64,000 bases of DNA from Phoronis australis (Eukaryota > Animalia > Phoronida), in NCBI GenBank assembly GCA_002633005.1, contig NMRA01000259.1, forward strand, positions 525,181 through 589,180, read 5' to 3'. Position 1 is the stretch's first letter. Each line of letters opens with the position of its first letter. A program made the position numbers and the translations under genes. Of the stretch, positions 55,812 through 64,000 are shown one piece after another. The notes beneath the pieces are model-generated. The model had not been told where the DNA came from and made no database searches. It worked only from the letters and a program-made list of their open reading frames with translations.

Positions 55812-56585
55812 AAACAAAATTGCCCTAGGGCAAGCCAGCATAGTCGAAACCATACAAAAACCAACAACAGTCGGGGTCTTCGCATCAGGAACAGAACCAT
55901 CAATTTTCGTAATGATCCTTGAGTGGTTTGGCAGATTGAGAAGCAGTTGTCAAAAACAAACACAAACATTTTCAAATGGTCACCAGGTGGTGCAGAAAAC
56001 ATCAAGTCTGTCCGAAAATGGGAAGGCGTTGTCATCTCCTTAATAGAAATCTATTTTTCAAATTTCATGAAAATACATTAATGAACTAAAAAGATACAAA
56101 GGCAAACGTAAAAAAAATTGCCAAAAGGGGGCAAAGTGCAAGTCAACGTCAGTCATGGCCTTCCAATCAGGACCACATCTGTAATTTTCATAATGATCCT
56201 TTGAATGGTATGGCACATACAGAAGCAGACGTCAGAAAACGGACGCAAAAATAACAACAATGGCCACGAGGTAGCGTACAATCCATCAAATCCGTCTGAA
56301 AATGCAATGGCATCATTGCCTTCTTATTAAAAACCTATTTACCAAATTTCATGAAAATCCGTCAAGGAACACTAAAGATACAGAGGCATATGTAAAAAAA
56401 AACTAAAATTGCCTCTAGGGGGCACAGCGGTATTCCAGTCGGTTCAAAACTCGTCCTCATTCCGTGTGAGCATCGTAGAAACACAAGCACCAAATGTCAT
56501 TATGATCCTGCAAGAGGTTTAGGAGATACAGCAGCAAATGCCGGACGCCGAGACAGAGATAACGGCAATACGCACCCACATATAA
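55812..56585 (+). mobile_element. Interspersed repeat with internal tandem units, possibly HINE/Helentron-associated type
   Basis: Two ~290-bp similar units (aattttc.taatgatcctt...caaatttcatgaaaat...aaagataca) plus a partial third, ending in a cggacg/gacaga-like tract; family assignment is inference. Confidence 0.45.
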
Positions 56586-56892
56586 AAATGTTTCACAAAT
56601 AAACTTAACGTATTAGGCAAATAATTACAACAAACTTTTCTTCGATTCTATTTACACCATAAATTCGACCCAGAAATTACTTTGCACTGAAGTGTAAGCA
56701 AAGACAAACCGTGAATCATGCAACAAAAAACAGAATCAGGAATAAACAATCCAAATCCTTCGCTTTCGCTTAAATTCCTAACTTTTTGGGTATCACGAGA
56801 GTGATGACGATGATGTTGACAATGATGGAAAGAGTACTAACTCAACCATAGTGATGGTAACTTATGACAACATGTAACAAATGCTTGCTTAC

Positions 56893-56950
56893 TTGCTGGA
56901 GTGCCAGGGGTTGGAGAGGTGACTGAGAAAAGCCTACTGGATGCTTCAGA
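56893..56950 (-). CDS. NUP35: NUP35 exon 5 (SEASSRLFSVTSPTPGTPA)
   Basis: ttttccag/GTAAGC junctions; the 0-to-1 phase shift bridges exons 4 and 6; S/T-P rich. Confidence 0.8.
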
Positions 56951-58238
56951 CTGGAAAATTATTAACACAAAAAGTTTAACAGACATTGCAGTTGACAACA
57001 TGTACAATAATGCAGGTTAAAAGAAACTGTGCTAAGTGCTTACGTAACCAAAAACAGTGAATTGTCCTGTCGTGTCGTGTTATGAAACGTCGCATGGCAC
57101 ATGCCTAAAAGGTTATCATATTATTGTTGGTGTTAGCGCTTCGGTACAGTATTTGATACTGGTTTAAGAGACAGTCCAGTTGATAGTTGGTTAGCTCTTT
57201 CTATATAGTGTCCAGGGCAAGTACATTTCAAATTTAAGCAAGTGAGGCCTGGTAATCAGTTACCTAGCTGGGCATGTGAGCACAGAAACTAAAAGTTTAC
57301 AAATCATCCCTTGCCAGTCTACCTCGACCAGGATATTAGTTGTCGTGCATGTATCTAATTTTGAACATTTATTGTGCCACATTTATTGGTGTAAATATTT
57401 AGCACATAATTTCCTTTACATATTTTAGTTTCCTGAGTTTTTATTTGCTATATTTTGAAAATGTCACGAGCTGTAGTCACAAATGCTGATTTAAAGACCG
57501 TAACTTTTTACAGTAAACTTTGGTTGTAACAATAACGGAATAAACGTGGAATACAAATCACGAGTATTTTGTGACGACATGGCCACAAAAGTTTTGATGC
57601 TCTTGTTGGAAATAGAATACTATCACAAGGATTATTATGAGACGGATTTTATGAGCTTAGCCGGCATAAACCCTGAGCAACTGTAAAAAAGAAATAAATT
57701 TTGACTTGGGCCACCTACCGTTATACGGTAAGACCTGCAATTTTATGAACTTGGTCAGAAGAAATAATGAACTGCCAGTTCTTTGCAAGACCAGGGATTG
57801 TCTCCACTCCAAGTATGGAGCATTAGTAACAGATTTATAGCGGTATGTGGTTTAAATAAATATTATTTTGTTTTTTTGCAGCTAAATACTAAGGACAATG
57901 CTGTTTTAATGAGTAGAGATCCCTACAACCCCAAAAATTACTTTTGAAATGAGGTGCAACCTCAGATATCGAAAATCACCAAGTTTCTTGATTGATATCA
58001 GATAATAAATAATTATTACTGGTTTTGTGTCAACACAGAATTCGTGTTTTAAGTGCCAAGGTAGCTTCAAAGCTACGATGACAAAAAAATGGGTTAAACG
58101 TATGAAATAGTAGTCGATCACAACACTCACACAATCATTTTACTTCCAGTTCCAACCACATCTAAATAATTAAGCGTTACTGTAGAAAATTAACACCTGA
58201 ACTCAATTTTTAGGCAATTAGATTAAAGTTACAATTAC

Positions 58239-58359
58239 CGGTAATCCGTCAGGTGTTCCAGCAAAAGAATTACGTTCTGCTGGACTCGCTATATGATTAA
58301 ACAAAGATTGGACAGGTGGCGCTACAGTTTTATCTTTGGCACGACCCCCAGCAAGATCC
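58239..58359 (-). CDS. NUP35: NUP35 exon 4 (DLAGGRAKDKTVAPPVQSLFNHIASPAERNSFAGTPDGLP)
   Basis: DK..APPV.S motif; tttcag acceptor; donor position less certain. Confidence 0.85.
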
Positions 58360-59323
58360 CTGAAAGGAAAGAAAATAAAACCATTAGACTTGCACAAATA
58401 CTGCAGCAGGCAAATTTCCCCAAGACTAGGGTGGGCGTAATAGCATGTTTTATTGAATTAGAAACACATTCCGAAATTGTGCTTTGACTGATTTTAATAA
58501 TACAAAGAAGACATTATTCAAGTAATATTGATTTTGGATATTGAGCTTTACTTAGCTAAACATAGATAACATACTATCAACTTGATTCCTAGGCAGCGCT
58601 GCTTTCTCTAAACAGTTATCTTGTAAATCAAGAAGACTGCTTCAAACTAATTGTTACAAAAGACTGCAATATACTTTACATTACCCTATTATCGCTGATG
58701 CCAGATCAGCAGAGAACAGCAACATGTAATTCTTCACTTTTTTACCACACTCATGTCACTTCGTACATCTAAAGTTATTCGCACAAATAGTTTGCTTCTC
58801 ACGTATTTCACAAGAGGCTTCTTCGTGGAAATGTCCTGCCTCACTTAATTTGAATACAGTCAATTTCGAATACACCAACGCAAAGACGTCATTAATTCTA
58901 ATACACACCTCCTTAATTGTGTTAATAAGGGCTGAACATATATTCCCCACTTAAATCACCAATTCATATTGGTTATCTTATGCTGTTGTAAACATGACGA
59001 AAAGAGTGACCTTGAAGAGTGTCCTGTCCTTGAAGAGTGTCCTGTCACTATGAGTCAAAAGAGTGCTTCACTAATAATCATGTAAAGAACTCTGTTATTG
59101 GAACAGCATAAATTAAATCCGTGTTAACTGGATCACATGGACAACCCATAGGCCACATTTTGTAAAATTTACACACTGGCAGTTGGCGATGCTTGGCTAC
59201 GCAGTTAATTTCGGACACCCGTCAACTAGGAACACTGTATATGCAGTTTATCTGGCACAACCTGACTATCAGGAAATAGTTTATTCATTTCGTACGACAT
59301 GAGTGGAGAATTACCGTCCTTAC

Positions 59324-59457
59324 CTGGCTCTAGTCTCTGACTTGGGCGTAGGCGACATCTGTGACCCGTGGCTGGTGGGGGACGTCCAGGATCCACTCCT
59401 GTTGAGGGATGACGAGGGGCTGGCACCAGACGAGGTGGACCAGAGGCGGGGCTGTAG
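59324..59457 (-). CDS. NUP35: NUP35 exon 3 (LQPRLWSTSSGASPSS...TPKSETRAR)
   Basis: Polypyrimidine tract, AG|GTAAGG donor, phase 0 to 2 fits neighbours; acceptor may be 59457 or 59451. Confidence 0.85.
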
Positions 59458-60233
59458 CTGGTGGAGAGGAAAGTAAAGTTACAGGTGCCTTCTTAGTAAC
59501 TCCAAGCCAGGATGTAACAAGTATTATTAACATATTACTCCCTAGAAAACTAAAAACGATAACTTTTCTTATTTCAAAATGAGAATTACTCGTTTTGACA
59601 AACGTGAAATCATAATGATAAGCTCATACATAAACTGATGCACAATTTAGTAACTGGACAGAACTGAAAATGAGTTGCCATGGCTGTAGAACCTGCTTAT
59701 GTAACATATTTCACGATTTTATGCTTCACATAGACTCCAACTGATACATCGTCTGTGGACAAGGAAGTCATACAAATGTGATGGGAATGGTCAACCAATT
59801 TACGTTTTGGTTGACAAAATAAGGAATACTAAACAATATGTACAGTAACATTATATGGGAATAATAGATTTGATAAAAATACACTGCCAAAACTACAATT
59901 ACGCCCTTTTGATTTAAGTCAAAAATATGCAAATTATAGGTCACAGGTAAGCGGAAGATTTTTACCATGTGGCCAATTAAATTGCACTAGTAATAGGACT
60001 GAATGAGTAAATGATCAAATATCATCAAAAAGAATAAAGTTTATCGACAGGTAAGTCTGAACTTATTGGGCTTACTGGTTCTCGTTATATTTTTCGCTCA
60101 AAAGCAATTGCCAGATCACAGCGATAACTATCGGTTGACATATTACCCATGACGACAACCAACCCTACGCTAAAGTAGGTTTGGTAGCTGTCAAGTAGGA
60201 TAGAGTTGGTGGACCAACTGCAGTTAGACTCAC

Positions 60234-60346
60234 TGAAGGAGCAGATGCATGTTCTCCAAGAAGAAAGCCAGGCAGATACTGTGACTGAGGGGGCGAGTTG
60301 ACCGGCGACCCCATGGTCATTGGCTCTTGACCAAGGTGACCAATGC
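60234..60346 (-). CDS. NUP35: NUP35 exon 2 (GIGHLGQEPMTMGSPVNSPPQSQYLPGFLLGEHASAPS)
   Basis: EPM..GSP and Q.LPGFL.G conserved N-terminal motifs; canonical junctions. Confidence 0.93.
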
Positions 60347-60932
60347 CTGAAACAGACATATATGTAAACTAACAATTAGTCATTTCGAAATGCAATCGTA
60401 ATACGGAATGGATTCTGGAAATTACAGAGAATTTCATATAGGCCTAAAGCAAAGAAGATTGGGATAGCAACTCGCTGAGCACCATATAATACAGAACAGG
60501 TGCACCTCCTGGCTGCAGATCTGAGGAACACAATAGCATTTTAAAATTTGCCCTCAGCAATGCTCTCCTGTGGCTGTGTTCTAAATTCACACCAATTGTG
60601 CCCTGTCTGAGGTCTAAAGGCCTCTGAGTTGGCAGTGCTTCCACAGTATATTATCCGTTTGCAAACTACGCTAAATGTAGTAATAGCCGAAATTACCCGA
60701 TGCTGGAATCGAATCAGTGACCCCTACAAACAGGTAAGCATGCTAACTATTCAGCTAATAGGCCGTCATACCACCAGCCGCGTGCAGTGTTAAAAATAGC
60801 TAGTTTCAGATTTTGGAAACTAAACGAAGGACTGCTTGAAGAAAAAGTTTGATAACAACAGTATTTGTTCCAGTTGGAAAAATTTAAAGACATGGATGCC
60901 AGCAAACACAGTCTACGTGCTAAAGGTACATT

Positions 60933-62027
60933 CAGTGTTCTCCACAATACCAATTCCAAACTCCACACAAGTTTCTAGAGTTCAACATCAGTAGTCAACA
61001 CTGTCTTTTTCTCTAGTCTATAGCCTTAACATCTCCACTGTACACTGAACTGGTCAGGTGTGACCTATTTTTTAACACTGTAGGGCCTACACGTGAAAAC
61101 TGCAAAACGTACTAGAAGTGCCCATTCAACTGACGACTGTCTCACAAATAAAAAACTTGTTAAAAGCACGTGGCCAGGAAGAGCGCACTACATACCTGTC
61201 CCTTGACATCGAAGACATTAGTCTTCGGGAACTATCCATGAAACTACACCGGGTAGCATATTGGCAAGAAATAAATATCGGTCACTAATTTCACCAAAGT
61301 TTCTAATGCCGTAAAAGCTGTTGCGTTATTTTTAAGAGGGATTGCTTTGTTTATCACTTTTTCAATGTGTTCATAATTGGTGTTTTTAAAGTAAAATGCC
61401 TGATAAAATGCCCCACTGATAGTGGACACCTCCGCCCCCGAATCTCCCAGAAAATAACTCAGACTGTCACACATCCAGTCACCCGGCGACTCAATGACAT
61501 TTGACAATTCTCGCAAGTTTTAACAGTAGATGTGATCAACATGTGTTAAATAAAACGCGTTCTTTTGGTACTGCTTGTGTTATTTCTTTAGTTACAATGC
61601 ACACCTCCGGCAAATGAACACTGATGACACGCACGCGCTCGCTCACTCACACACGCAGACGATCTTCAAAACAAAGGTCACGTGACTACGACGTGAGTAC
61701 GTCCAGATTTTTCTCATGTTGCTGGGTATAATGTTGCGCAGATTTGAACTTATCTTGTTCATAATACTGATCTCCACAAGAACTTGCACTCCGGGCGCGT
61801 TATTACGGCGAATTCGGTACTGTTTAACTGCCTCTCAGTAATGTTAACTATGTTTACTGTTGGTAAAATCTGGCTCTGATTAGATGCTGAGGGCTGAAGT
61901 ACCAAGTCAGCCTAGGTTTTAAACCCGGCGTGGCAATTTTTAAACTTGACGTGCTTTCCCCAAACTCAACGTGGCAAAATCCAAACTCGTTACCGCGTCG
62001 AGTCAAAACAGGTCGTGGAGAACACTG
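60933..62027. mobile_element. ~1.1-kb TIR element (hAT-like ends) inserted in an older interspersed repeat
   Basis: CAGTGTTCTCCAC ... GTGGAGAACACTG perfect 13-bp TIR; flanks join into the repeat seen uninterrupted at ~62545-62780 and ~46200-46380. Confidence 0.65.
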
Positions 62028-62169
62028 ACTTTACGTGACGTGAGTTTTTAATCATTGTGAGACATAAGTAAGTCGCCGAAAATCTTCCAACCAATGATGC
62101 ACTTATAGGAGCTTCACCGTCTGTACTTCAACTAGAGACGGTGGTCACTGTCTATGTGTTGCCTCTAGA

Positions 62170-62984
62170 GGTTTCTGATTGACCAAACCATGCTAACTGG
62201 GACAACCTGTTCCGGTTTCAACATTGAATAGATGCAAATATGTTGGATGATTGCAGCAGTAACTTTATGTATCTGCCAAACATGAAACTTCAGTTTGTTG
62301 GCGACTCAACACTTTTGCCTGAGANCAAATATGTGCACAAAGACTATTAAATGTCATATCAACAGCATTTATTTTTATCAAATACAAACAATGATTCATT
62401 GAAGTACAACCAGTTTCAAAAGTAACGCCAATTAAAGACAAGTATAAGTGGTGGCATTTTGGAAACGAACATTTGAGTGACAAGACCGCAATGGCTCACC
62501 TTTGGCCTATTTAAAGATTGAGGTCATGAATTCACATCACCTAGCGTGCGCAGTATAAAAATGGTGAGTTCACGATTTTGGGAACTGAAATAGGGACTGC
62601 TTGAAGAAAAAGTTTCATAACGGGAGTATTTGTTCGAGTTGGAAGAACTTAAACACATTGACAACCTCCTAAGGTGTTCGTCTATGCGCAAAAGGTATAT
62701 ATAACAACGTGACTCTGATAGTTTAGTCAGTGCGAGGCATAATTCGCCGAAAAGCTTCCGGCGTACAGAGCGCCTATAGCCTCTACATCGCCTCTGGTTC
62801 GGGCCAACAGATGCGATGGTCATTGCCTAGGTTTCTGATTGACCAGACCATGCTAACTGGGACAACCGGTTCCGGTTTCAACATTGAATAGATGCAAATA
62901 TGTTGGATGATTGCAGCCGTAACTTTATATATCTGCCAAACATGAAACTTCAGTTTGTTGGCGACTCAACACTTTTGCCTGAGA
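62170..62984. repeat. ~155-bp near-identical direct duplication (62170-62324 and 62830-62984)
   Basis: Direct comparison; first copy ends exactly at the N at 62325. Confidence 0.85.
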
Positions 62985-63014
62985 TCGTTTAAAAGTGTCT
63001 CAGCTTCAACTTAC

Positions 63015-63039
63015 CGTGGTCGATGTTGCTTGAATACAT
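63015..63039 (-). CDS. NUP35: NUP35 exon 1 (MYSSNIDH-G)
   Basis: ATG, then CG|GTAAGT donor in phase 1 matching exon 2; ETS-like GGCGGAAGTG at 63062-63071 just upstream. Confidence 0.8.
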
Positions 63040-64000
63040 CTCCGATCACCTTTTCGAAATTGGCGGAAGTGCTTTACAAATGGCTGCATACAAATAAAGC
63101 GCTAAGTCTATAAAATGACATTAACTTTATGAATTGTTTTGTTCTTTTTGTAAACAAAAATATAGAAATATATTTTAAATAATTGTATATAAGTGTTCAA
63201 ATTGCAAACAGTGACATTTTTTAGGAAATAATTGAATAAAATTTCTATAGTTTTACAGCCAAGTTTTATCAACTGAAACGTGAATTATCTTACCAATGAA
63301 AATGTTCAATACAAATCTATTTCGGTCAAAGAAAGTGTTGTACCCTCTGTTTGTACTCCCACTTTATTTTGCAAATTAAGCAATGTTTTATAATAAGAGA
63401 CATTCCAATTCAATATCAGCTTCCTAATAAGTAAGTGCTAAGATACTGCATGGGATTCTTCCACTGAATATTTTTTTTGCAGTCTAAAAGCGATTTTAGA
63501 GTTAATTCATTATCTTACAGCGGGGTTCATTCAGAACAGCGTATCAGAGGCAACTGACGGTATATTTTGACAAGCGAGATTCTATCGTAGGCCTACGTTA
63601 TCTTTTCTTGAGGTGTATTCGACAATTTTAAAGGAACACCGGCGTAGGTGTCACAGACGTCGGACTTATTGCTGTCTCTGCAAATAATCGGTAACAGTTT
63701 TGGTGAGTAGTTTATGATATTGGCTGTCGTTTATCCGTCTTCAGAGGTTGTGTTTACGTTTTCATTCCTTTTTCACGCGACAGTCTTGGAGTTAAACGGC
63801 ACATTACCAACCAAGCCAAGGCATTGCCGTTGCCGTTTGAATCGTTCCTTCCATTCATTCGTCATTATCCGACTTTACATCTGTCAAAGAGATTTTTGAC
63901 TACCTGGAAGTGGTAGCCCAACTTAGCTTCAGCTGGTTGTGTGCCGCTAAAACCGATGGAAATATTTCTTCTCGTTTTGATCGCTCACATTTGTTTAGGC

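Noticed and set aside
59010-59047. 19-bp direct repeat ccttgaagagtgtcctgtc x2
   Set aside because: Simple local slippage duplication

Overview
AT-rich, intron-rich animal DNA, probably a marine invertebrate (inference); it is not prokaryotic, so most entries in the ORF track are noise. Manual splicing on GT-AG junctions recovers four genes. (1) The 5' part of ARHGAP39/Vilse (minus strand, 5 coding exons, 35940 to 148, continuing off the window). (2) GID8/TWA1 (plus strand), head-to-head with ARHGAP39; its middle exons are missing and probably lie in the N gap at 39889-40552. (3) A complete NUP35/Nup53 (minus strand, 11 coding exons, 63039 to 45041, about 349 aa), tail-to-tail with GID8. (4) A two-exon type-I membrane receptor gene (LRR, LRRCT, Ig, Thr-rich mucin stalk, TM) nested antisense inside NUP35 intron 9. 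The introns hold many non-autonomous DNA transposons: a Harbinger deletion derivative, a family with 6-bp target-site duplications (TSDs), a TTAA Kolobok-like MITE, many TA-flanked pogo-like MITEs and a nested TIR element. There are also minisatellites, a decayed partial duplicate of a NUP35 exon and a candidate alternative first exon. Gene names come from recalled similarity to known orthologues, not from a database search.
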